Source: Patescibacteria group bacterium (GTDB lineage Archaea > Nanobdellota > Nanobdellia > Pacearchaeales > GW2011-AR1). From it: DNA of 64,000 nt. Made by a program: the position numbers and the translations under genes. Shown one piece after another: positions 17,300 through 28,278 of this stretch (its first letter is position 1; the number at the start of each line of letters is the position of its first letter). The DNA is taken from assembly GCA_019428815.1 (NCBI GenBank), contig JAHYJW010000002.1, forward strand, positions 11,725 through 75,724. Reading direction: 5' to 3'. Below the pieces are notes generated by a model that ran no database searches, had not been told where the DNA came from, and saw only the letters and a list, made by a program, of their open reading frames with translations.

Positions 17300-17371
17300 G
17301 CCCACATGGTCTAATGGCTATGACGCTAGCCTGTCGCGCTGGAGACCCGGGTTCAATTCCCGGTGTGGGCG
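17300..17371 (+). tRNA. tRNA-Asp(GTC)
   Basis: Acceptor GCCCACA/TGTGGGC, anticodon arm CTAGC-CTGTCGC-GCTGG, T arm CCGGG-TTCAATT-CCCGG. Confidence 0.96.
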
Positions 17372-17429
17372 TAAAAATCCTGAAAATCTTTAGTTTTGTA
17401 TTTTTCAAGAAACTTAAAATAAGAAGTTT

Positions 17430-17876
17430 TTATCCTTTTAGGGAATATATCGATAAAACATCTTCAAGATTATCGGGGCTTAATAACTCTATTTTTAATG
17501 CTTGTTCGTTCTCATTAAATTGCCTAGGGCGGGATTTTATTTTCTCGTCGTTATCTTCGGAATAAAAATCTGAAGAAATTTTTTCTTCTAAAGGACATAG
17601 TGTAACCGCTATTCTATCTCCTTTTTTTAAATTACAAATCCCATGATAGAATATACTTTTAATGGGGGTTTTTAATTGACTTCTATTTTCTAAATCTGAA
17701 ACCCCTATTACAGACATATAAAGGGGAGAAGAATAATTACTCAAAAGACCTTTTTCTTCCGTAATTAAACTTGCACCATAATTAGTTAAGTTATCTCTTA
17801 TTGTTTCCAATTCAAATTGGGTCACCCTAAAAATCAGTTTTTTATTGGATTCATCTTTTAATTTAGTTATGCTCAT
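17430..17876 (-). CDS. Hypothetical protein
   Basis: 148-aa ATG ORF with an upstream TATA-like element. Confidence 0.6.
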   Translation of the reverse strand: MSITKLKDESNKKLIFRVTQFELETIRDNLTNYGASLITEEKGLLSNYSSPLYMSVIGVSDLENRSQLKTPIKSIFYHGICNLKKGDRIAVTLCPLEEKISSDFYSEDNDEKIKSRPRQFNENEQALKIELLSPDNLEDVLSIYSLKG

Positions 17877-17992
17877 TAAAAGAGAATAAATTTTTAGTTT
17901 ATAATGATTATTGTTTTTAGAAAGAGTATTTTAAATTTAAAAAGAGGTTTTTTAAGGGTTATCCTTTTTAAATAAAAAGAATATGTATACTT

Positions 17993-18736
17993 ATGGAAAA
18001 AGAATTTAAAAAAATAAGAAAATTTGAGGGGGAAATTCATAAAAGGGGGTATGTTCTTATTCAAATTTTAATTCAAATTACTTTAGTTATCGCGATATTT
18101 CTCTCTATTTACGAAAAAAATTGGATAAACATTTTAGTTATTTCTCTTACATTACTTTTAATTTATCTACCTAAACTTTTTTCGAAAAAATTTCAAATTT
18201 TTTTACCTTTAGATTTTCAAACATTAATGGTTCTTTTTATTTATATGAGTATTTTTTTAGGAGAAATAGGAAACTTTTATGAAAAATTTATTTGGTGGGA
18301 CTCTATCTTGCATCTTACTTCAGGGATTGCTTTAGGTTTTGTAGGTTTTTTGCTATTGTACGTTCTTTATAGATCAGGGAAATTTAAATCTGATCCAATT
18401 TGGGTTGCAATTTTTTCTTTTTGTTTTTCTGTCACCTTGGGGGTTTTATGGGAGATTTTTGAATTTTGGATGGATTCTATCTTTGGTTTAAATATGCAAA
18501 GAGCTATTTTTTCTTTAGAGGTTATAAAAACCTTTGGCAGCAGCAGAATTGCAATTTATGATACTATGCAGGATTTCATATTAAACGGAATAGGTGCTTT
18601 TATTGCTTCTGTCTCCAGTTATATTTATTTAAAAAAAAGAGGTATGTTGATATTTGGTTCTTTTGTTAAGAATTTTGAAGACAAAAATCCTCGTCTCTTT
18701 AAAAATAAAAAATACCCAAAAAGAAGCATATTCTAA
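17993..18736 (+). CDS. Membrane protein, DUF2238-like
   Basis: FY....WWDSILH..SG, LWEIFEF..D, DTMQD pattern. Confidence 0.75.
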   Translation: MEKEFKKIRKFEGEIHKRGYVLIQILIQITLVIAIFLSIYEKNWINILVISLTLLLIYLPKLFSKKFQIFLPLDFQTLMVLFIYMSIFLGEIGNFYEKFIWWDSILHLTSGIALGFVGFLLLYVLYRSGKFKSDPIWVAIFSFCFSVTLGVLWEIFEFWMDSIFGLNMQRAIFSLEVIKTFGSSRIAIYDTMQDFILNGIGAFIASVSSYIYLKKRGMLIFGSFVKNFEDKNPRLFKNKKYPKRSIF

Positions 18737-18775
18737 AACTTTAAAAATGAAGGGTTATTGTTTTTATAAGGTAAA

Positions 18776-18994
18776 ATGAAAAAAAAGAAGACTTTAAAAA
18801 AATCTATAAAAAAACAAAAGGAAGAGGATAACTCTGGACTTTTTATCCCGGCAGGGTTATTTGTTGGGATGGGATTAGGCTTTGCTCTTGAAAATCTAGT
18901 GGCTTGGTTATTTATGGGTTTAGGAGCAGGTTTTTTAGCAATGGCAGTTTATAAAGCGAGGGATATAAAGAAAAAAGGATCTTCAAAGAAATAA
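18776..18994 (+). CDS. Small Gly-rich membrane protein
   Basis: PAGLFVGMGLG...GLGAG. Confidence 0.7.
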   Translation: MKKKKTLKKSIKKQKEEDNSGLFIPAGLFVGMGLGFALENLVAWLFMGLGAGFLAMAVYKARDIKKKGSSKK

Positions 18995-19095
18995 AATATC
19001 CAACAAAATTTTAAATCTTTAACTTAATTTTATTTTTATAATTTTTATATATGTTTTCACGCATGTTTTAAAAAGTTCATTATTTTTTTAAAACT

Positions 19096-20028
19096 ATGAT
19101 AAATAAAAAAGGTTTTTCCTGGGGAAGCATTTTAAAATTTGTGTTTTTCCTATTTGTTTTAGGATTATTATTTTTTTATTGGATATTCCCAATCAACGAA
19201 AAAAATTTTATTCTATCTAAACCAGGGCATTCAAATTTTACTCTAAACTCTTCTTTAGGAACAAATATGCAGTTTTATACGAATATGAGGTATCAAAAAT
19301 CTGATATCTCCTACAAAATTGAAGACTGCCCTCTTCCTAGAGAAGTAGAAATGAAACGTTCTTTTGAATGGATTGAAAATTTAACAACCTTAAATTTTTA
19401 TGAAACACAACAAAATGAAGAAATAAGTGTAACTTGTAAAGACACCTTAATAAAAGGGGAAAGAGGTGCATTTATAGCTGGCGAAGGAGGGGTGACTAAT
19501 GTTGCAATAACAAATAATTTTCATGTTATTCTCCAAGGAAAAGTAATTTTAATTAGGGAAAGTCAATGTCCAGATCCAATAATCGGAACTCATGAGTTAC
19601 TTCATGCCTTAGGTTTTGAGCATTCTGAGAATCCGAATAATATTATGTACCCCACAGTTAACTGTAATCAGATAATCGGAGAGGACTTGATAAAAGAAAT
19701 AGATTATTTGTATAGTTTTCCTTCTGTTCCAGACCTTTCATTTGAAAATGCTTCGGCAAAACTAAAAGGGAAATATCTCGATGTAAATATGACGATTAGA
19801 AATAATGGCCTAAAAAATTCTGAAGAATCCAAGGTAATTGTTTATGGGAAGAATAAAGTACTTAGTGAAGTGGACATCTCTTCTATTAGTATAGGTTCAG
19901 GAAGAATAATCTCCTTAACAAATATTTTTACTTTAACGAATCCTAATGAGATAGAACTTTTTATAAACTACTCTGAAGATGAACTTAATAAAAAAAATAA
20001 CAGGGTTCTTTTAGAGATAAACAATTAA
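19096..20028 (+). CDS. Membrane-anchored matrixin-like (M10) zinc metalloprotease with CARDB domain
   Basis: HELLHALGFEH zinc motif, Met-turn IMYP, PDL...IRNNG Ig-like tail. Confidence 0.85.
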   Translation: MINKKGFSWGSILKFVFFLFVLGLLFFYWIFPINEKNFILSKPGHSNFTLNSSLGTNMQFYTNMRYQKSDISYKIEDCPLPREVEMKRSFEWIENLTTLNFYETQQNEEISVTCKDTLIKGERGAFIAGEGGVTNVAITNNFHVILQGKVILIRESQCPDPIIGTHELLHALGFEHSENPNNIMYPTVNCNQIIGEDLIKEIDYLYSFPSVPDLSFENASAKLKGKYLDVNMTIRNNGLKNSEESKVIVYGKNKVLSEVDISSISIGSGRIISLTNIFTLTNPNEIELFINYSEDELNKKNNRVLLEINN

Positions 20029-20060
20029 TAAAAAGAAAAAAAATAAGTTTAGTTAGAAAA

Positions 20061-20156
20061 TCAATCCATATCGTCAAGATCTAAATCTTCAACGACCTCA
20101 TCAAAATCATCTTCTAACTGTTGTTCTTCAGGCCCCTGAAAAAAGTTATTTCCCAT
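20061..20156 (-). CDS. 31-aa acidic microprotein (not in ORF track)
   Basis: MGNNFFQGPEEQQLEDDFDEVVEDLDLDDMD, with GAGGG 6 nt upstream. Confidence 0.5.
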   Translation of the reverse strand: MGNNFFQGPEEQQLEDDFDEVVEDLDLDDMD

Positions 20157-20308
20157 TTTGTGCCCTCTTTTTATATTTTTTAATAGAGGTGTCTTATTTT
20201 TAAATATTTCTATAAAAAATAATTAATGTAAATAATCCTAAATTACCAATTTTTAAATTAAAAATCTTTAATGGAAAGATTTAAAACTAAAAAAAGGATA
20301 TTTTTATT

Positions 20309-21178
20309 ATGAAAACAAAAAGAAGAGGATTGAAATTTTATTTAATCTTTTTAATCTTAATATTTTCTTTAACGATTTCTAGCGCTTGCACTTTAGACGT
20401 TATTTTAATTAACCAAGAACCATATCCTGTAAGCCCAGGAGAAAGTGTAAAGGTTTTATTCCAAGTAACGGGAGTGGGAAGTTCTGATTGTGGTTTAGTT
20501 AGACTTAAAGTTATGGAAAATTTTCCATTCACAATAGACCCAAGTATGTCCCCTGAAAAAACAATCCAGTCCGGAGTTTTTGCAATAGGTTACAATTACA
20601 ATTCCTGGACAGTACCTTATACTATAAGAGTAAGTAAAGATGCAGAAAGGGGTTTAAATGAATTAGATATTTTAGTCTCTAAAAATGGGGCAACAGGAGG
20701 AGTCATACAAAGTTTTGATATTGAAATTGAAGAAGTAAAAACAGAATTTGAGGTTTACATAAGAGACTATAACAGTTTAAGTAAGACCCTAACTCTTAGT
20801 GTGATGAATGTAGGAAAGAATAATGTTGAATCTTTGCTTATAGAACTACCTGAACAAGAAACATTAGATGTTATCGGAAGTAACAAACAAACAATTGGAA
20901 TTTTGGATTCCAACGAAGATACCACGGTTAGATTTAGCGTTTCAGAAGTAAAAGAGGGCAGATTAAAATTAATAATTAGGTATAACGATGTGATTAATGA
21001 AAGAAGAGAAGTTATCAAAGAGATTTCATTTAATCCCAAGTTGTTTAAACTCGAAGAAGAAAAGAAAGGTTTAAGTTTTTCTAATTATTTCTTAATAATT
21101 GTAGTTATAGCTATTGTAGGTTATTGTTTTTATAAAAGAAAAAAGAGTAGAAAAAAACTTAAAGAAAAAAAGTTTTGA
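20309..21178 (+). CDS. COG1361 S-layer-domain-like protein
   Basis: Signal peptide, QEPYPVSPGE, N.G repeats, C-terminal TM; adjacent to ABC exporter. Confidence 0.75.
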   Translation: MKTKRRGLKFYLIFLILIFSLTISSACTLDVILINQEPYPVSPGESVKVLFQVTGVGSSDCGLVRLKVMENFPFTIDPSMSPEKTIQSGVFAIGYNYNSWTVPYTIRVSKDAERGLNELDILVSKNGATGGVIQSFDIEIEEVKTEFEVYIRDYNSLSKTLTLSVMNVGKNNVESLLIELPEQETLDVIGSNKQTIGILDSNEDTTVRFSVSEVKEGRLKLIIRYNDVINERREVIKEISFNPKLFKLEEEKKGLSFSNYFLIIVVIAIVGYCFYKRKKSRKKLKEKKF

Positions 21179-21249
21179 TTAAATAATTTTTTTCTTAAAT
21201 GATATTTGTTTAATCTAAAAGAAACTTATAATTATTTAATAACAACCTC

Positions 21250-22461
21250 CTATTCTTCTCTTAATGCTTCAGTAGGTTTTGTTTTTGCGGCGCGTAAAGC
21301 GGGCATAGATCCAGATAAACTGCCTACAAAAAATGAAAATAAAATACAAGATAAAACTAACCAAAGAGGAGTAGAAGCATTGAGGTAATCTACTCCTGTA
21401 AAAAAATATATCGCATATTCTACCCCTTTACCCATTAAAAATCCTAAAATAACCCCCAAGATCCCCCCAACGAGTCCTAAAAGCCCAGATTCTATCAAAA
21501 ATAAATAAAAGATATTTTTATTTTCAGCTCCGACGGCTTTCATTAATCCAATTTCTTTTCTTCTTTCCAAAATAGAAGTGTACATTGTGTTCGCAATTCC
21601 TATAGCACCAACAAAAAGAGAAATTCCTGCAATAGCTAAAAAAAATCCGGTTATTATAATCAAAATTGAATTAAAGATATTCAAAATTTGATCTGGTTTT
21701 ATGATAAAAAAGTCTTCCTCTTCCAAATCAGTAAAACGAATTAATCTAAGTTTTATCTCCTCTGCAACCTCATCAATAATTTCATAAGATTCTACTTTAA
21801 CAATTACCTCATCTACCTTATTTCCAATATCAAATATTTCCCTAAAATCGTCTGATAAAATCATTACAACTTTATCATGCTCATCAGTTCCAATTTTAGT
21901 AGTTATCCCCTCAACCCGAAACCTCTTACCGTTAATCATTATTGTATCCCCAACATAAACTCGTCTTCCAAAGAGTTCATCTTCACTATAGGCAGAACCT
22001 AGAACTACTTTTCCAGTATCCCCTTTTTTTAAATGCCCCCCTTCCTTGATAGAATAAAAAGACATATCCCCCAAAACATCCCATAAATTTTCACTAATCC
22101 CTGAAATCATAGCAAATCTCCCCTCCCCTTTATATTCTACAGTTCCTGTTCCAATTAATTCGTAAACTACATCTTCAACTCCTGGAACTCTTTTGATTTG
22201 ATTTATGTGATCTGTAGTGATTATGCCCTGATTTTCTGAAGAAGAACCCCCCATACCCATCATTCCTGAAGGTAAGATGATTATCATATCCATACCCATT
22301 TCATCAAAGGTTTTTTCTACAAAATCGCTTAAACCTAAAGATAAACTAACAATAACGAATATAATGGCTATAGAAGCAACTATTCCTATCATGGTTAACC
22401 AGGACCTTACTTTCTTTTCTTTTACATTTTTAATGCCTAATTTAAAATAATCTTTAATCAT
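21250..22461 (-). CDS. MacB/FtsX-family ABC transporter permease
   Basis: RSWLTMIGI, IANTMYTSILERRKEIG.MKAVGA, P.EALR. Confidence 0.92.
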   Translation of the reverse strand: MIKDYFKLGIKNVKEKKVRSWLTMIGIVASIAIIFVIVSLSLGLSDFVEKTFDEMGMDMIIILPSGMMGMGGSSSENQGIITTDHINQIKRVPGVEDVVYELIGTGTVEYKGEGRFAMISGISENLWDVLGDMSFYSIKEGGHLKKGDTGKVVLGSAYSEDELFGRRVYVGDTIMINGKRFRVEGITTKIGTDEHDKVVMILSDDFREIFDIGNKVDEVIVKVESYEIIDEVAEEIKLRLIRFTDLEEEDFFIIKPDQILNIFNSILIIITGFFLAIAGISLFVGAIGIANTMYTSILERRKEIGLMKAVGAENKNIFYLFLIESGLLGLVGGILGVILGFLMGKGVEYAIYFFTGVDYLNASTPLWLVLSCILFSFFVGSLSGSMPALRAAKTKPTEALREE

Positions 22462-23663
22462 TTTCTTAATGCTTCAACAGGAGTTAGTTTAGATGCCTGC
22501 ATTGCAGGTAATATTCCAGAGATTGTTCCAACAAGGAATGAGAATAAAATAACCCCTATTAATAAGGGAATTGAAAAAGTTACATTAAGATTTGCCCCAG
22601 GAATAAAACCCTTTATAAAGTATGTAGTAACAAAAGCAAGTAAAAGGCCAAAAAAGGATCCTGTAATACCTCCAATTAAACCAAGTAATCCAGATTCTGT
22701 TAAGAAAAGAGCCAAGATATCTTTATTCTTAGCGCCAACAGATTTCATAATTCCTATTTCTTTTCTACGCTCTAAAATAGACATATACATTGTGTTTGTT
22801 ATTCCCACACCACCCACAAACAATGAAATAAAAGCTATTCCTAAAACGAAAATTCTTATAGTATTAATGATTTTACTTACTGTTTCTGCAGATTCTACAG
22901 ATGTCTGAATTTCAAAATCTTCTTCTCCAGGTTTTTGTTTTCTATCATTTCTCATTTCCTCCCTTATTAACCCTGCAATTTCTTCAACCTCATCCCTATG
23001 AAGAACTTTAACATCAAGGCTAGGGTAATCTTCTTTTAGATTAAAGACTCGTTCCATTTCATATTGAGGTAAAAAAATTGTTCGGTCTTTTTGAGAATTT
23101 CCTGTTGAACTTAAAATTCCTACAACTCTAAAATTTTCTTCTTCAATTCTTAAGTTATCCCCTACTTCGATTTTTGTTTTAAAAAGTCTAGATTCTGTTG
23201 CTTTATTACCAATGAGGATAACCCCTGTATCCCCACTATTTATTAATCTACCTTCTTCAATATTGAAACCGTAAGATTCATAAAAATGATTTAACTTTAA
23301 GAAACCCTCAGGGATGTTAGAGATAATTGAGTAACCGGTATCTTCCCTGTATTCTATTTCTGCAAAGGTAGTATATCTCGGGATAACAGATTCAACGCCC
23401 CTTATAGAGTTAATAATACTTATATCATCTTCAGAAAAAGTTCCGCCACCAAAACCCATCATACCCCGCCCAATAATTGTTATTTTATCAGGACTAAGTT
23501 CTCCAACAAATTGTTTAGAGATAGCCTCTTCCATCGCATTACCTAAAGAAACTAATGCTACAACAGAGACAATCCCTATAAAGATTCCTAAAATGGTTAA
23601 CCAACTTCTTATTTTTCTTCTTCTTAAATTTTTAAAGGCTAAAAAAGGATATTTGCTAATCAT
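22458..23663 (-). CDS. MacB/FtsX-family ABC transporter permease
   Basis: RSWLTILGIFIG, NTMYMSILERRKEIG; start 23663 supported by an upstream GGAGGT. Confidence 0.92.
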   Translation of the reverse strand: MISKYPFLAFKNLRRRKIRSWLTILGIFIGIVSVVALVSLGNAMEEAISKQFVGELSPDKITIIGRGMMGFGGGTFSEDDISIINSIRGVESVIPRYTTFAEIEYREDTGYSIISNIPEGFLKLNHFYESYGFNIEEGRLINSGDTGVILIGNKATESRLFKTKIEVGDNLRIEEENFRVVGILSSTGNSQKDRTIFLPQYEMERVFNLKEDYPSLDVKVLHRDEVEEIAGLIREEMRNDRKQKPGEEDFEIQTSVESAETVSKIINTIRIFVLGIAFISLFVGGVGITNTMYMSILERRKEIGIMKSVGAKNKDILALFLTESGLLGLIGGITGSFFGLLLAFVTTYFIKGFIPGANLNVTFSIPLLIGVILFSFLVGTISGILPAMQASKLTPVEALRK

Positions 23664-23665
23664 AA

Positions 23666-24442
23666 CTACCTCCGAATATTTTTCCAAACATCCCCAACTT
23701 TTTTCATTGTTTTTTCGATTTTTCCATCTTTAATCCAATAGATTATTCCCGCGTGTTTCTTTCCTAATTCTGAATCATGAGTAACAATTATGATTGTCTT
23801 ACCTTTTTTATTTAACTCATCTAAAAAAGACATTATTATTTCCCCATTTTTTGTATCTAGATTTCCAGTTGGTTCATCGGCAAGTATCACCTCAGGATCA
23901 TTAATTAAAGCTCGGGCTATTGCAACTCTTTGCTGTTCACCTCCTGAAAGTTTATTTGGATAAGAATACATTCTATGACCCAATCCAACTTTTTTCAGTA
24001 ACTTCTCTGATCTTTCTCTTCTTTCATCTTCTTCGTAATCTTGAAAAAACATAGGTAAAGAGACATTTTCTATAACATTAAGATTTGGGATCAGATTAAA
24101 TTGTTGAAAAATAAATCCAATTTTTTGACCCCTGATTCTTGCTAATTCTGATTCTGATAAGTCTGAGATATTATAATTATCCAGGAAAATTTCTCCTTTT
24201 GTGGGGATATCAAGACTTCCAACAAGATTCATCATCGTTGATTTTCCGCTTCCAGAAGGACCCATTATCGCGACAAATTCTCCAGGTTTTATCTTGAGGT
24301 CTATTCCATCAACTGCTCTTACAAGAGACTCCCCCATTTGGTAATGCTTGGTCACTTTTTTCAAAAGGATTAGTCCCCTTTGTTCAGAATCCTCTTCAAA
24401 AGAAATCAAATCTTTAGGTTTTCCTTTTTCTCTCTTTTCCAT
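23666..24442 (-). CDS. ABC transporter ATP-binding protein (LolD/MacB type)
   Basis: [28 protein letters not shown]. Confidence 0.95.
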   Translation of the reverse strand: MEKREKGKPKDLISFEEDSEQRGLILLKKVTKHYQMGESLVRAVDGIDLKIKPGEFVAIMGPSGSGKSTMMNLVGSLDIPTKGEIFLDNYNISDLSESELARIRGQKIGFIFQQFNLIPNLNVIENVSLPMFFQDYEEDERRERSEKLLKKVGLGHRMYSYPNKLSGGEQQRVAIARALINDPEVILADEPTGNLDTKNGEIIMSFLDELNKKGKTIIIVTHDSELGKKHAGIIYWIKDGKIEKTMKKVGDVWKNIRR

Positions 24443-24592
24443 AAAAAATAAAGAACTTTATAGCTTAAAAATCTTAAGGAAAGACAGATTCTCTCTAAAA
24501 GAATCTTTTAACTTTTTATGATTAAATTTTATTTTTCAAAAAGGGATTACTTTAAACAAAATGTTTATAATTGATTTAGACATTATTCTAAG

Positions 24593-27298
24593 ATGGGGTT
24601 AAAAGAGGGGGAAATAAAAAAGGGCCTTAATTCTGAAGAAGCTAAAAAAAGATTAGAAGATTATGGTCCAAATGAGCTTAAAGAAACAAATAAAATATCT
24701 GTACTTGAGATATTAGCTCGCCAAATTAGAAGTAATTTTGTGATTTATCTTCTTTTGTTTGCTACAATAATTTCCTTCCTTGTTGGAAAAAATTTAACCG
24801 CATATGTAATAATTATTGTTCTAGGCGTAGTTATCTCAACCGGATTTTTACAAGAATACAAAGCTGAAAGAGCAATGGTAGCTCTAAAAAGAATGATCAC
24901 ACCGATATCGACGGTGATTAGAAATGGAGAAGAAAGAGAAATTCCCTCTAATGAAATTGTTCCAGGAGATATCTTAATCTTACGTACAGGGGAGAGAATC
25001 CCTGCGGATTCTATTGTTGTTGAGCAAGTAGAGTTACTTGTTAATGAATCGATTCTTACCGGAGAATCAAAGGAAGTAAAAAAATTTATTCCTAAAGATA
25101 TTGAAGATTATTCTGATAAAAATACCCTCTTCATGGGCTCTTTTATTGTTAGCGGGAAATGTAAAGCGAAGGTAATAAAAACAGGTATGCAAACAAAATT
25201 TGGAAAAATTGCAGGAATGATTTCTGAAACAGAAAAAGAACTTCCTCTACAAAAAAAAGTTAACAAGATTTGTAAATATCTTGCAATTGCAGGTTCATTT
25301 ATGGCAGTATTAACAGGAGCGATAATTCTTCTTCAGACCCCTGGAATAAATAATGAGTTAATAATGTCTGTTTTAGTTACAGTAATTGCAATAGCTGTTG
25401 CATCTTTTCCTGAAGGTTTTCCTGTTGTTCTTATAACTGCTCTTGCTTCAGGATCATACCAGATGGCAAAAAAGAATGCTATTGTAAACAGAATGTCGAT
25501 TATTGAAACTTTAGGGGAAACAACAATTATTTGTTCTGATAAAACAGGAACAATTACAAAAGGGGAGATGACTGCTGGAGATTTATTTACTAATCAAAGA
25601 AGGTATAAAATAACAGGAGTAGGATATGACTCCGAGGGAGATTTTATTCTTAATGGAAGAAAGATAGACCCCCACAAGGAACCCAATTTCAATATGATAT
25701 TCAGAAGTTCTATTTTATGTAATGAAGCAAGGATTACTAAAACAGATGAAGAGAACATCTTTCAACCCATTGGTATGCCAACAGAAGCAGCATTGTTAGT
25801 AATGGCAGCTAAGGGGAATTTTTTTAGAGAGGGTATAGAATATTCTGTCATTAAAGAAATCCCCTTTAGTTCTGAAAGAAAAATGATGACAGTTTTATGT
25901 AACGAAAAAGGTAAAAAAAGAGTTTATTCTAAAGGAGCATTAGAAGTCCTTATTCAAAAGTGTAATTTTATTCAAAGAGAAAATGGGGTTTTCAGATTAC
26001 TTGAAAGAGATAAAAAAAGAATTCTTGAAGCAGACAGCAATATGACTTCGAATGCCCTAAGAACAATTGCTCTTGCTTACAAAGAGGTAGAAAAAGGGAG
26101 CTCAAAGGGAAATTTAGAATCAGATTTGATATTTCTTGGTTTAGTGGGAATTGAAGATCCGCCTAGAGAAGAAATAAAAGAAGCAATAGAAACCTGTAGA
26201 GAAGCTGGAATAAGAGTTAAAATGATTACAGGGGATAATAAAGAAACAGCTATAGCTATTGCAAAAAAAATTGGATTTGATAAAGGAAAAGTTCTTGAAG
26301 GCAGAGATTTAGACAGTTTAAATGACGAAGATTTAGTTAAAATTGTAGATAACGTTGTTATTTTTGCAAGAGTAAGGCCAGAACATAAATTAAGAATTGT
26401 TAAAGCACTTAAAGAAAAAGGAGAAATTGTGACTATGACTGGTGATGGGGTGAATGACTCTCCGGCACTAAAAGAAGCCCATATTGGAGTTGCAATGGGA
26501 AAAAATGGGACAGATGTTTCTAGGTCTGTATCTGATTTGACTCTTAAAGATGATAACTTTGCAACTATTGTTGATGCAATAAAAGAAGGTAGAAGAATAT
26601 TTACAAACATACAAAAATTTTCAACTTATCAGATTTCGGTAAATTTTTCACAAGTTTTTTTGATTTTCCTAGGGATATTAATTGGATTGCCCCTTCCTTT
26701 ATTGGCAATTCAAATACTTTTTATGAACCTTTTTTCTGATGAACTTACAGCATTAACTTTAGCATTTAATCCTTATTCAAAGGATATAATGAGTGTTAAA
26801 CCTAGAAGTAAATCTAATATAATAACTAAACCCCTCTTTAGAATCTTAATCTTAGCAGGATTAATAATTTGTATTGGATCACTTTTCGTTTTTTATTACA
26901 CACATGAAATTGTAGGAGAACCAGAGAATGTAGCTAGAACAACTACTTTTGTAACTATGGTCTTATTTGGTATAACAAATGCGTATAATTTTAGATCTTT
27001 TAGAAAATTGACTTGCAACCGTTCCCCATTTGTAAACAAGCCATTAGTTTATGCATCCCTAATAGTGCTCTTTGGGACATTACTTATTGTATATAATCCC
27101 TTTTTAAACAGTATATTTGAAACTGTTCCAATACATCTTAATTACTGGGTTTTAGCTATTCTTGTTTCATTATCTGTGATTTTGATATTTGATATTTTAA
27201 AGTACCTAAATAATAAAAAACATTTTTGGACAGAAAATTTACAAGAATTAAATTCAAGGATAAAAAGAAAGGAATTAATGAAAAAAGATAGAAACTAA
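24593..27298 (+). CDS. P-type cation-transporting ATPase (P2, Ca2+-type)
   Basis: TGES, PEGF, DKTGT, TGDN, GDGVND. Confidence 0.95.
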   Translation: MGLKEGEIKKGLNSEEAKKRLEDYGPNELKETNKISVLEILARQIRSNFVIYLLLFATIISFLVGKNLTAYVIIIVLGVVISTGFLQEYKAERAMVALKRMITPISTVIRNGEEREIPSNEIVPGDILILRTGERIPADSIVVEQVELLVNESILTGESKEVKKFIPKDIEDYSDKNTLFMGSFIVSGKCKAKVIKTGMQTKFGKIAGMISETEKELPLQKKVNKICKYLAIAGSFMAVLTGAIILLQTPGINNELIMSVLVTVIAIAVASFPEGFPVVLITALASGSYQMAKKNAIVNRMSIIETLGETTIICSDKTGTITKGEMTAGDLFTNQRRYKITGVGYDSEGDFILNGRKIDPHKEPNFNMIFRSSILCNEARITKTDEENIFQPIGMPTEAALLVMAAKGNFFREGIEYSVIKEIPFSSERKMMTVLCNEKGKKRVYSKGALEVLIQKCNFIQRENGVFRLLERDKKRILEADSNMTSNALRTIALAYKEVEKGSSKGNLESDLIFLGLVGIEDPPREEIKEAIETCREAGIRVKMITGDNKETAIAIAKKIGFDKGKVLEGRDLDSLNDEDLVKIVDNVVIFARVRPEHKLRIVKALKEKGEIVTMTGDGVNDSPALKEAHIGVAMGKNGTDVSRSVSDLTLKDDNFATIVDAIKEGRRIFTNIQKFSTYQISVNFSQVFLIFLGILIGLPLPLLAIQILFMNLFSDELTALTLAFNPYSKDIMSVKPRSKSNIITKPLFRILILAGLIICIGSLFVFYYTHEIVGEPENVARTTTFVTMVLFGITNAYNFRSFRKLTCNRSPFVNKPLVYASLIVLFGTLLIVYNPFLNSIFETVPIHLNYWVLAILVSLSVILIFDILKYLNNKKHFWTENLQELNSRIKRKELMKKDRN

Positions 27299-27330
27299 CT
27301 TATCACAAAAGTAAGAAAAATCTAATGAAC

Positions 27331-28278
27331 TTATTTATTCTTTTTTCTAGTTTTATCTTTGATTAAATATGTTACTATCAAAAGGATTAACAAAAGAATA
27401 ATCAACATCATTAACCAAACAACAATTTCTTCAAGCTTTATTCCTTCTGAGGATTTTAGAGGTATTCTTCCTTCTTCATCTGACTGGTCTGAAGGAGATA
27501 TTGATCTAAATTGATTTATCCATCTTGAAAAGTAATACTCATCAATGGGGATGAACCTCACACCGCTTCCAGTTCCCGGTGAAATTGGGTCTTCTTGTTC
27601 AGGAGGGGGAATGATATTCTTTACTGATAAGACATAATCTTGGAATACGCTATCGCCAGCTTCATCTTGAACTTTTAGTCTGATTTGAAATGCAGTGTCT
27701 CCATCAACAAAAGGAGCTCTTCCAGTTATCAAACCTGTTTGGGAGTTTATTGAAAGCCAATTTGGTGCGTTGATTAATGAGAATTGATAAGGTAATATTC
27801 CCCCATCAGCTATAACTTGGTAATTATAAATTACTCCTTCATCAACTTGGGTAATTGGGTTAGAGATAATTTTTAAAGTTTCTGGAGGAATTATTACGGG
27901 ATTTACTAAAATATGAAGAATATAGTTATCTGCACTAGGATAATTATCTGAACCTTGTAAAATTACTCGATAGCTTCCGGGGCTGTTATAAATACTTTTT
28001 CCTAAATTGAAAGTATTAAAATAACCGTAATCATTCACAACATGATTATTTTGAAAAGTATAAATCAAATTATAATCTGAATCATAAAGTTTAATATTAA
28101 TAACCATTGGCGGGGACATGCTATAAAAATTTACATTAAATCCAATATTTTCCCCATCATTTATCTCAATAAACTGATTCCCATTTTCCCAATTTCCATG
28201 AACAACTATTGCACTTAAACTATTTACTGAAAAAATGATTAATATCCCTAAGATTAATAAAAGATATTTATTTTTCAT
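27331..28278 (-). CDS. Surface protein with putative Ig domain and C-terminal TM anchor
   Basis: Y.YQV.A...Y.FSL..AP.WLSIN..TGLITG motif. Confidence 0.8.
   Translation of the reverse strand: MKNKYLLLILGILIIFSVNSLSAIVVHGNWENGNQFIEINDGENIGFNVNFYSMSPPMVINIKLYDSDYNLIYTFQNNHVVNDYGYFNTFNLGKSIYNSPGSYRVILQGSDNYPSADNYILHILVNPVIIPPETLKIISNPITQVDEGVIYNYQVIADGGILPYQFSLINAPNWLSINSQTGLITGRAPFVDGDTAFQIRLKVQDEAGDSVFQDYVLSVKNIIPPPEQEDPISPGTGSGVRFIPIDEYYFSRWINQFRSISPSDQSDEEGRIPLKSSEGIKLEEIVVWLMMLIILLLILLIVTYLIKDKTRKKNK

Noticed and set aside
17300..17377. Similar acceptor stems and flanks of tRNA-Asp and tRNA-Ser as an att-type repeat
   Set aside because: Both are complete, different tRNAs; the similarity is short and interrupted
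26077..26610. Long antisense ORFs (865, 11397, 26077, 30019, 36732, 45090, 53036 and others)
   Set aside because: Shadows of well-supported genes on the opposite strand
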